In this document: positions 10,439-15,614 of the stretch, piece after piece
Position numbering within the stretch: the first letter of the stretch is position 1
How the letters are laid out: every line of letters starts with the position of its first letter
Assembly: GCA_015694865.1 (NCBI GenBank)
Contig: GCA_015694865.1_3933.1
From: a phage
Length of the DNA stretch: 25,324 nucleotides
Strand: one strand, 5' to 3'
Notes under the pieces: generated by a model
Databases searched by the model: none
Told to the model about the DNA's origin: nothing
What the model saw: the letters and a program-made list of their open reading frames with translations, nothing else
Made by a program: the position numbers and the translations under genes

Positions 10439-10639
10439 TTATTCAGAGTCTGTAGCAGTCTCTTCTTTTTTAACTTCGAACTTTTCATCAACAGCATCAA
10501 GAAGTGCATCCATAGATGCTTCTTTAATATCAATACCTGTTGCTACAGATAATCTATCTGCAATTGCCATGATAGTGTTCTGCATAAATTCTAGCTTTTT
10601 ATTAGCTTCATAAAGTTCTTTGTAAACGGTCTCACTCAT
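10439..10639 (-). CDS. small hypothetical protein upstream of terL
   Basis: 66 aa acidic ORF; GGAGA RBS upstream of the ATG. Confidence 0.4.
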   Translation of the reverse strand: MSETVYKELYEANKKLEFMQNTIMAIADRLSVATGIDIKEASMDALLDAVDEKFEVKKEETATDSE

Positions 10640-10675
10640 TATGTTTTCTCCAAATAATTAACCATGTTTCCCCTT

Positions 10676-10699
10676 AAAAAAGACGGCACAGAGACCGTC
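10676..10699 (-). terminator. rho-independent terminator (minus strand)
   Basis: Plus-strand aaaaaa-GACGG-cacagaga-CCGTC, i.e. on the minus strand a GC hairpin followed by TTTTTT. Confidence 0.55.
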
Positions 10700-10764
10700 A
10701 AGGAGAAACCACAATGTACGTCAGAGACATACTGTATAAGTCTTCCTATAAAGTATAACTCTGT

Positions 10765-10824
10765 AAAAAAGCCCTGTCTAAAAATACTCTTCGGTAGCGA
10801 AAGGAAGAATACTTATAGCAGGGC
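10765..10824 (-). terminator. stem-loop plus U-tract downstream of tRNA-Cys (terminator or processing structure)
   Basis: GCCCTG (10771-10776) pairs with CAGGGC (10819-10824); minus strand has TTTTTT directly after the stem; an inner ttcg/cgaa hairpin sits in the large loop. Confidence 0.4.
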
Positions 10825-10861
10825 ATTATTATTATTTTAATTGAGAGAGAGTAAAATAACT

Positions 10862-10937
10862 TGGAGAATCCGAAGGGACTCGAACCCTTATAAACCTGTT
10901 TTGCAGACAGGCACATAGCCATTTCTGTCACGGATTC
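10862..10937 (-). tRNA. tRNA-Cys (anticodon GCA)
   Basis: 76 nt on reverse complement; acceptor GAATCCG/CGGATTC, T-arm AAGGG-TTCGAGT-CCCTT, anticodon loop CTGCAAA, CCA encoded. Confidence 0.8.
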
Positions 10938-10941
10938 AAAT

Positions 10942-11034
10942 TGGAGGAAGATACCAGACTTGAACTGGTACACCGATTTCTCAGCTACTGGCAGTTTAGC
11001 AAACTGCTCCCTTACCTTTTAGGGTTAATCTTCC
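10942..11034 (-). tRNA. tRNA-Ser (anticodon GCT), class II long variable arm
   Basis: 93 nt; acceptor GGAAGAT/ATCTTCC, anticodon stem GCAGT/ACTGC with loop TTGCTAA, about 21-nt variable arm, T-arm ACCAG-TTCAAGT-CTGGT, CCA encoded. Confidence 0.75.
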
Positions 11035-11035
11035 A

Positions 11036-11770
11036 TTATTTCTGTAATGCGTTCTTCATTTCTGGTGTTGCAATAGTGTCAATTACACCAGTTTTACAGG
11101 CATCATCAAACCAGTCTGGTAAGATACCTGCTAAGAACCCATTGATATTCGTTTTAAGGTACTCTGCAATAAGGGCAGCTTCTTCTTCAATCATCTGCAC
11201 AACTTCATCTGCATAAGCTGTAATCTTTGAGATACCTTCATTAATCTTACTGACAGCTTGGTTAGCTAAATCAGAAACAGTATCAAGACCCTTGTCAATA
11301 GCGTCTTGTAAGTCACTTAATACATCGTTAACACTCTCTAGTGTACTGTTAATCGTATCAATAGCTTTTTGACCATATTCTGTAGCAACACCCATAATAC
11401 CACTGAACGGTGTACAACCAACTTGTTCTCCTGCTGCACCCATAACATTGGAATATCCCTTTGCTACCTGCATACGTGATGAAAACTCATCAATAGATTT
11501 TTGACCGTAGTCTGTCAGGGTCTTAGTAGTTGCTGTAGTGCTTGTAAGGCTTGTTGTAAAGCTGTTTAGAAGGATTGTTGTAAGTCCAGCAGCAACAAGT
11601 TTCTCCTGCATTGTAGGGTCTGTTACAGAACTAATAGAGCTTACAAGTGATGTAGAAGCAGCTACGGTTCCACCGAGAACTGCTGCACCAGTAATAAGTG
11701 GGTTAGAAAACCCTTTACCGGTTTTTAAGAGATTAAAAATCTCCTTACCTTGTTCTGTCATCTCTTTCAT
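11036..11770 (-). CDS. hypothetical protein with N-terminal hydrophobic segment and long helical C-terminal region, embedded in the tRNA array
   Basis: ORF 11036..11833 trimmed to the internal Met at 11770 (AAAGG RBS) because the longer start would overlap tRNA-Phe; hydrophobic stretch LITGAAVLGGTVAASTSLVSSI. Confidence 0.5.
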   Translation of the reverse strand: MKEMTEQGKEIFNLLKTGKGFSNPLITGAAVLGGTVAASTSLVSSISSVTDPTMQEKLVAAGLTTILLNSFTTSLTSTTATTKTLTDYGQKSIDEFSSRMQVAKGYSNVMGAAGEQVGCTPFSGIMGVATEYGQKAIDTINSTLESVNDVLSDLQDAIDKGLDTVSDLANQAVSKINEGISKITAYADEVVQMIEEEAALIAEYLKTNINGFLAGILPDWFDDACKTGVIDTIATPEMKNALQK

Positions 11771-11786
11771 TAAGCACCTTTGAAAT

Positions 11787-11863
11787 TGGTAGTCCAGTGG
11801 GATTTGAACCCTCTTCTCATGTTTTTCAGACACGCGCTTTAACCATATAAGCTACTTGGACTA
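11787..11863 (-). tRNA. tRNA-Phe (anticodon GAA), acceptor/D-arm register ambiguous
   Basis: T-arm GAGGG-TTCAAAT-CCCAC, anticodon stem CGTGT/ACATG with loop CTGAAAA; the acceptor can pair as TAGTCCA/TGGACTA or a shifted register, so the ends are +/-2 nt. Confidence 0.55.
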
Positions 11864-11868
11864 TAAAT

Positions 11869-11944
11869 TGGGGTGACCTACGGGATTTGAACCCGTATAG
11901 ACCATGTTCACAGCATGGGTCATTACCATTTATGATAAGGCCAC
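11869..11944 (-). tRNA. tRNA-His (anticodon GTG)
   Basis: 76 nt; acceptor GTGGCCT/AGGTCAC, D-stem TCAT/ATGA, anticodon stem CCATG/CATGG with loop CTGTGAA, T-arm ACGGG-TTCAAAT-CCCGT, discriminator C, CCA encoded. Confidence 0.8.
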
Positions 11945-11975
11945 ATTTAAGGACTCTCGTAAGAACCCTTAGAAG

Positions 11976-12051
11976 TGGCAGCGGCATAAGGATTTGAACC
12001 TTAATAGGACAGCTTCAGAGACTGTTGCATTGCCAGTTATGCTATACCGCT
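11976..12051 (-). tRNA. tRNA-Gln (anticodon CTG)
   Basis: 76 nt; acceptor AGCGGTA/TGCCGCT, D-stem GCAT/ATGC, anticodon loop CTCTGAA, T-arm TAAGG-TTCAAAT-CCTTA, CCA encoded. Confidence 0.75.
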
Positions 12052-12056
12052 AAATT

Positions 12057-12135
12057 TGGTACTCCATATCGGATTCGAACCGATACATAACACAGATTTT
12101 AAGTCTGGCCTCTCTGCCAATTGGAGTAATGGAGC
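12057..12135 (-). tRNA. tRNA with Leu-type anticodon TAA but short variable region (atypical; isotype uncertain)
   Basis: 79 nt; acceptor GCTCCAT/ATGGAGT, T-arm ATCGG-TTCGAAT-CCGAT, best anticodon loop CTTAAAA on a 4-bp stem; no class II long arm. Confidence 0.5.
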
Positions 12136-12137
12136 AT

Positions 12138-12213
12138 TGGTGGGGGATGTTGGAATTGAACCAACTTCTTCGATTTCAAAGACCGAGGTTTTAACCTTGT
12201 AAACTAATCCCCT
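12138..12213 (-). tRNA. tRNA-Gln (anticodon TTG)
   Basis: 76 nt; T-arm GTTGG-TTCAATT-CCAAC, D-stem GTTT/AAAC, anticodon stem TCGGT/ATCGA with loop CTTTGAA; position 1-72 is an A-C mismatch. Confidence 0.7.
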
Positions 12214-12221
12214 TTAAATCT

Positions 12222-12779
12222 TTACTTTCTCAGTGGATGAATAAAGAATGCCAACATAACTCTTTCCCTTGAGAATGCTCTTTCTTCTGGGACAACACTT
12301 TTTAGTTTCCATCCAATATAAATTCTCCAGTAAAACTGTTTACCAAAGACTTTAATTGATGGGATAAAAGCGAATAATCCCCAAGCATTACTGTTCCACA
12401 TTAGGAGATAACCTGTCTGATTATCTTCAGGGTCAGAACTTACGTTGATATTACCTTTCCACTTAGTAACATCTTTTACATCTCTTCCTAATACATGGTA
12501 AGAGAAGTTATAGGCTTTGTTTCTCCAGAGCCATCCGACTCTCTGCATGTAGACACCCAGCTTACCAATCTTTCTAATCTTAGCCCATCGTTCGATATGA
12601 CCTTCGTCACCATCAATTGGGTTGTCATATGTCTCCATCCATCTAAATCCGAAAGGTAAGTGGCCTTTCTTCTCACTGTAAAATGGAACTACGAAAGGTG
12701 CTAAGATAACTGCTAAGGTTGCTGCTAATGGTTCTAGCAAAGCTAGGAAAATCCATGAAGCATATTTTAAATATCTCAT
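12222..12779 (-). CDS. hypothetical membrane-anchored protein embedded in the tRNA array
   Basis: 185 aa ORF; N-terminal hydrophobic helix (ASWIFLALLEPLAATLAVILAPFVVPF), Trp-rich soluble part; coupled to the upstream small ORF. Confidence 0.5.
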   Translation of the reverse strand: MRYLKYASWIFLALLEPLAATLAVILAPFVVPFYSEKKGHLPFGFRWMETYDNPIDGDEGHIERWAKIRKIGKLGVYMQRVGWLWRNKAYNFSYHVLGRDVKDVTKWKGNINVSSDPEDNQTGYLLMWNSNAWGLFAFIPSIKVFGKQFYWRIYIGWKLKSVVPEERAFSRERVMLAFFIHPLRK

Positions 12780-13018
12780 CGTCTAATCCTTGTAAGGAGA
12801 TAAATGTTATTATTCGTTTCTAAACCTTCTGGTAAAACTGTCTCAAAAATAACACTCTTTAGCTGTCTACCACCAAAACAATCACGTATAAATCTTTCTA
12901 CTCTAGCGGGGTCACATAAGTACCCTACTTTTAAGAAAATGTGGTGTTCAACACCAATGACCCTGACAAACTCAATATTCTCACAGTTTTCATGTTCAAC
13001 TACTGTTAATGTTTGCAT
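12776..13018 (-). CDS. hypothetical small protein (coupled to 12222..12779)
   Basis: 80 aa ORF; its stop overlaps the start of the downstream ORF (ATGA). Confidence 0.4.
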   Translation of the reverse strand: MQTLTVVEHENCENIEFVRVIGVEHHIFLKVGYLCDPARVERFIRDCFGGRQLKSVIFETVLPEGLETNNNIYLLTRIRR

Positions 13019-13035
13019 AGTATCACCTTTTTATC

Positions 13036-13111
13036 TGGCGCAGGATAAGGGATTCGAACCCCTATTAACAGCTTCGTAGACTGTTGCTCTATCCATTTGA
13101 ACTAATCCTGC
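13036..13111 (-). tRNA. tRNA-Arg (anticodon ACG)
   Basis: 76 nt; acceptor GCAGGAT/ATCCTGC, D-stem GTTC/GAGC, anticodon loop CTACGAA, T-arm AGGGG-TTCGAAT-CCCTT, CCA encoded. Confidence 0.8.
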
Positions 13112-13116
13112 AAAAT

Positions 13117-13194
13117 TGGTGTTCCAAGACGGATTCGAACCGTCACTAATACAAGGTTTGAGCTTACATCCTCTGCCAATTGGGATACTGGAAC
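13117..13194 (-). tRNA. tRNA with Leu-type anticodon CAA but short variable region (atypical; isotype uncertain)
   Basis: 78 nt; acceptor GTTCCAG/TTGGAAC, T-arm GACGG-TTCGAAT-CCGTC, D-loop AATTGGCAGAG shared with the 12057..12135 gene, anticodon loop CTCAAAC. Confidence 0.5.
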
Positions 13195-13195
13195 A

Positions 13196-13269
13196 TGGTA
13201 CTCACTAAAGGACTTGAACCTTTTCTTCATCTTGTAAGGGTGATGTTTTACCATATAAACTAAGCGAGT
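13196..13269 (-). tRNA. tRNA-Val (anticodon TAC)
   Basis: 74 nt; acceptor ACTCGCT/AGTGAGT, D-stem GTTT/AAAC, anticodon loop CTTACAA, T-arm AAAGG-TTCAAGT-CCTTT, CCA encoded; short variable loop. Confidence 0.65.
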
Positions 13270-13364
13270 GTGAAAGAGGTCTGAAGTTGTGCCGCTAACT
13301 CAACTCCGTGGAATTTGTTACGGTCTTCAGTTGACACCAGCGGTCTTTCACTTGACCTCTGAAT

Positions 13365-13441
13365 TGGTGCTGCTCACAGGACTCGAACCCGCATTTCCAT
13401 CCTTACAAGGGATGTGTAATAGCCAATTATACGAAAGCAGC
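13365..13441 (-). tRNA. tRNA-Thr (anticodon TGT)
   Basis: 77 nt; acceptor GCTGCTT/GAGCAGC, anticodon stem CATCC/GGATG with loop CTTGTAA, T-arm GCGGG-TTCGAGT-CCTGT, CCA encoded. Confidence 0.75.
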
Positions 13442-13448
13442 ATTAATT

Positions 13449-13524
13449 TGGAGCATCCAGAGGGAATCGAACCCTCAACCTCAGTTTGGAAGACTGTAAT
13501 TTTCCCGTTTAAACTATGGATGCA
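13449..13524 (-). tRNA. tRNA-Gly (anticodon TCC)
   Basis: 76 nt; acceptor GCATCCA/TGGATGC, anticodon loop CTTCCAA, T-arm GAGGG-TTCGATT-CCCTC, CCA encoded. Confidence 0.7.
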
Positions 13525-13529
13525 CTAAT

Positions 13530-13605
13530 TGGTGGAGAAGCAGGGAATTGAACCCTGTACTTAAGTTTGCAAAACTTATGTTTTAACCATGTAAACTACA
13601 TCCCC
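13530..13605 (-). tRNA. tRNA-Ala (anticodon TGC)
   Basis: 76 nt; G3-U70 wobble pair in the acceptor stem (Ala identity element), anticodon stem TAAGT/ACTTA with loop TTTGCAA, T-arm CAGGG-TTCAATT-CCCTG, CCA encoded. Confidence 0.75.
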
Positions 13606-13611
13606 AATGTA

Positions 13612-13687
13612 TGGTACAGGTGGAGGGAATTGAACCCATCGTCTTACTGATTAAGAGTCAGCCGCATAACCATTTTGCTACACCTGC
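13612..13687 (-). tRNA. tRNA-Lys (anticodon CTT)
   Basis: 76 nt; acceptor GCAGGTG/CACCTGT, anticodon stem GCTGA/TCAGT with loop CTCTTAA, T-loop TTCAATT, CCA encoded. Confidence 0.7.
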
Positions 13688-13694
13688 ATTAATT

Positions 13695-13772
13695 TGGTAG
13701 GAGACAAGGGATTCGAACCCTCAAACACCAACTTCTAAGGATGGTAGGTTTACCAATTACCGTCAATCTCCC
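13695..13772 (-). tRNA. tRNA with Leu-type anticodon TAG but short variable region (atypical; isotype uncertain)
   Basis: 78 nt; acceptor GGGAGAT/GTCTCCT, T-arm GAGGG-TTCGAAT-CCCTT, anticodon loop CTTAGAA on stem CCATC/GTTGG; D-arm poorly paired. Confidence 0.45.
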
Positions 13773-14028
13773 ATTAAATCTTTTTAGAGAACTTCTAAGA
13801 ACCTAAGCAACAAGGTTCCACAACAAGCTGTAATAACCTTAGAAGCCCTCTAAAAAGACCTAAAAAGGTCTTTGCATAGTCTTGTTTAATCCGGTGACTA
13901 GAACCTTTGGAGAGCTTGATATTATCTCTTCTCCGTGACACCTACTAGGTGCTTTACTGTGCTTGTACGACAATACACGAGGGATACCAAAGCAACATCC
14001 GAATGAAGCTTGGCTTTAAACCTTATTA

Positions 14029-14118
14029 GGCGGTAAGTAAAGGAGTCGAACCCTCACCGTATCTCTACAGTGGCAACTGTTTTCAAGACAGTTTGGCTAC
14101 CATTAGCCGCTACCTACC
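14029..14118 (-). tRNA. tRNA-Ser (anticodon TGA), class II
   Basis: About 88 nt; acceptor GGTAGGT/ACTTACC, D-stem GGC/GCC, anticodon stem ACTGT/ACAGT with loop CTTGAAA, long variable arm, T-loop TTCGACT; only CC of CCA encoded. Confidence 0.7.
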
Positions 14119-14131
14119 CCTAATAAGACTT

Positions 14132-14214
14132 TGGCATGGGACGGAGGAGTTGAACCCCTTTGAAACGGTTTTGGAGGCCGTTGCTCATGCCTTAGAGTCT
14201 TAACATCGTCCCAT
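14132..14214 (-). tRNA. tRNA-Trp-like (anticodon CCA) with abnormally long D-region; possibly a tRNA-like ncRNA
   Basis: 83 nt; perfect 7-bp acceptor ATGGGAC/GTCCCAT, T-loop TTCAACT, anticodon arm ACGGC-CTCCAAA-ACCGT, but about 16 nt between the D-stem strands. Confidence 0.5.
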
Positions 14215-14356
14215 ATTATAATTCGAAGCTTACCGTATTATCTCAACACTGTAAAGCCCCTTCTCAGATTATTTACATGTTCTGGAAAACATGAGATACA
14301 GACCACCTCCCTACAGGAAGACCCGCTTAGGTCGTCTAAGTAATCTGCTAACTAAT

Positions 14357-14433
14357 TGGCACACCCTACAGGATTCGAACCTGTAACTAACGATTTAGAA
14401 GACCGTTGCTCTATCCAATTGAACTAAGGGTGC
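14357..14433 (-). tRNA. tRNA-Arg (anticodon TCT)
   Basis: 77 nt; acceptor GCACCCT/AGGGTGT, D-stem GTTC/GAGC, anticodon stem ACGGT/ATCGT with loop CTTCTAA, T-arm ACAGG-TTCGAAT-CCTGT, CCA encoded. Confidence 0.8.
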
Positions 14434-14636
14434 ATTAATCTTTAAAGACTCTCTTAGAAAGCCCTTAAAGATGCCCACCTTATTAATCATACCGTGGGCT
14501 AGTACGCCAAATTCTTTGATGAGGGATTGGAAGACCTCACTGGTGTTTAGCCTATCAAGCTACTGCCAGAAAAACATTGTCGTTTGCATTTATTTTAAAT
14601 TTGCAAAATAGACGCTACGCAACGAAAACTAAGGTT

Positions 14637-14665
14637 ACTATAAAGTAGTCACATCTCAATGTCAA
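14637..14665 (-). promoter_or_regulatory. sigma70-like promoter on minus strand (TTGACA-17 bp-TATAGT)
   Basis: Plus-strand tgtcaa at 14660-14665 and actata at 14637-14642 give, on the minus strand, -35 TTGACA, a 17-nt spacer and -10 TATAGT, pointing at tRNA-Arg(TCT) and downstream tRNAs. Confidence 0.55.
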
Positions 14666-14680
14666 CAACTTTATTGAAAT

Positions 14681-14756
14681 TGGTACTGGTAGGTGGAATC
14701 GAACCACCGATGTTCCCTTATCAGGGGAGTGTTATAACCTTCTTAACTATACCAGC
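14681..14756 (-). tRNA. tRNA-Ile (anticodon GAT)
   Basis: 76 nt; acceptor GCTGGTA/TACCAGT, D-stem GTTA/TAAC, anticodon loop CTGATAA, T-arm GGTGG-TTCGATT-CCACC, CCA encoded. Confidence 0.75.
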
Positions 14757-14757
14757 T

Positions 14758-14834
14758 TGGAGGTTCAGATGGGATTCGAACCCATCGCCTGTCAGATTAA
14801 AAGTCTGCCGCATCACCATTCTGCTACACTTCCA
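14758..14834 (-). tRNA. tRNA-Lys-like (anticodon TTT) with poorly paired acceptor stem (possible pseudo-tRNA)
   Basis: Paralogous in sequence to the 13612..13687 tRNA-Lys; good T-arm ATGGG-TTCGAAT-CCCAT and anticodon arm GCAGA-CTTTTAA-TCTGA, but acceptor strands GGAAGTG vs CTGAACC pair at only 3 of 7 positions. Confidence 0.45.
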
Positions 14835-14837
14835 TTA

Positions 14838-14981
14838 AATTATCTTTGTAGATAAGCTACCCAGACTTGCTTAATGTCTGTAGCGATGTGCCTTTTTGGG
14901 TTTAAATCTAGAATTTACCCTTTCACCCTTTGTGGTCGCATACTCACAGGTAAGCTTAATAACTTATCTACAAAGATAATT
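14838..14981. repeat. 19-bp perfect inverted repeat (14838-14856 / 14963-14981) flanking a 106-bp non-coding segment
   Basis: aattatctttgtagataag at 14838-14856 is the exact reverse complement of cttatctacaaagataatt at 14963-14981. Confidence 0.7.
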
Positions 14982-15030
14982 ACCAGACCGTTGTTTATCA
15001 TCTTAAGTGCTACCATTACACCAACTCGAC

Positions 15031-15080
15031 ATCTGCCGAGTGAAGGAATCGAACCTTCGCCTTTTCTTTACCGGAGAAAT
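15031..15080 (-). ncRNA. tRNA-like fragment (T-arm plus 3' acceptor strand without a pairing 5' strand)
   Basis: Reverse complement gives TTTCT-CCGGTAA-AGAAA, then GAAGG-TTCGATT-CCTTC-ACTCGGC; no complementary 5' acceptor strand or recognisable D-arm within about 80 nt upstream. Confidence 0.35.
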
Positions 15081-15120
15081 AGATTGTTTAAGTTTTGCTG
15101 AATACGGTCTTCTGCAAAAT

Positions 15121-15197
15121 TGGAGGCGGGTGCAGGAGTCGAACCTACCGATACCATGCTAATGAGACATGTGAGACGCCCTTTCTCTATACCCGCA
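15121..15197 (-). tRNA. tRNA-Met (anticodon CAT; elongator, initiator or Ile2 not distinguishable)
   Basis: 77 nt; T-arm GTAGG-TTCGACT-CCTGC, anticodon stem CATGT/GCATG with loop CTCATTA, acceptor ACCCGCC with a 1-72 T-C mismatch in the best register, CCA encoded. Confidence 0.6.
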
Positions 15198-15287
15198 ATT
15201 CTCAATGACCAGACCAAATATCTTCTTTGTCCGATTTCGTGTCAGATGAGTAGATTAAGTTTGCTGTAATTGGTCTTCTGTCAAAAC

Positions 15288-15365
15288 TGGCGTTCCAGAA
15301 GGGATTTGAACCCTCAGATATCCACTTTGAAAGAGTGGTGACTTTACCATTTTGTCTACTGGAAC
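15288..15365 (-). tRNA. tRNA-Glu (anticodon TTC)
   Basis: 78 nt; acceptor GTTCCAG/CTGGAAC, anticodon stem CCACT/AGTGG with loop CTTTCAA, T-arm GAGGG-TTCAAAT-CCCTT, CCA encoded. Confidence 0.7.
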
Positions 15366-15375
15366 ATTAATTTGT

Positions 15376-15449
15376 TCTCTGTTGGAGGACTTGAACCTCC
15401 GGCCTTACCGCCCCAAACGGAACGCTCTACCAAGCTGAGCTAAACAGAG
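15376..15449 (-). tRNA. tRNA-Pro (anticodon TGG)
   Basis: 74 nt without CCA; C1-G72 pair, D-arm TAGCTCAGCTTGGTAGAGC, anticodon loop TTTGGGG with G37, T-arm GGAGG-TTCAAGT-CCTCC. Confidence 0.75.
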
Positions 15450-15567
15450 ATAAACTTTTCAAACTCTATGTAACCACTTTAACATTATTTTTTAGTGGTT
15501 GTCAAGAACTTTTTTAAAATATTTTTCAGTATCTTAGAAAAGCTCTCATTTCGTTTCTATGTAGAAC

Positions 15568-15596
15568 ATATTAAAGGGTATCAAACACATTGTCAA
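15568..15596 (-). promoter_or_regulatory. sigma70-like promoter on minus strand (TTGACA-17 bp-TAATAT) upstream of the tRNA array
   Basis: Plus-strand tgtcaa at 15591-15596 and atatta at 15568-15573 give, on the minus strand, -35 TTGACA, a 17-nt spacer and -10 TAATAT; the -35 sits in the loop of a 9-bp inverted repeat (aaagggtat/ataccctt). Confidence 0.5.
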
Positions 15597-15614
15597 TACC
15601 CTTTTTAAAACTTT

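Noticed and set aside
10746-11216. ORFs 10746..10973 (minus) and 10941..11216 (plus)
   Set aside because: Both run across tRNA-Cys and tRNA-Ser; the tRNA folds explain the sequence better than these unsupported ORFs.
13289-13528. 79-aa plus-strand ORF containing ...GLEPAFPS... and ...EGIEPSTS...
   Set aside because: These peptides are the translation of tRNA T-arm sequences (tRNA-Thr and tRNA-Gly); it is an artefact of the array.
14215-14232. T-loop-like attcgaa motif and a TATAAT hexamer right after tRNA-Trp
   Set aside because: Flanking pentamers do not pair as a T-stem and no acceptor helix can be drawn; the TATAAT has no suitable -35 at 16-18 bp.
14874-15101. 75-aa plus-strand ORF
   Set aside because: Spans the inverted-repeat element and the tRNA-like fragment (…SEGIEPS… is a translated T-arm); no RBS, and on the opposite strand to the array.
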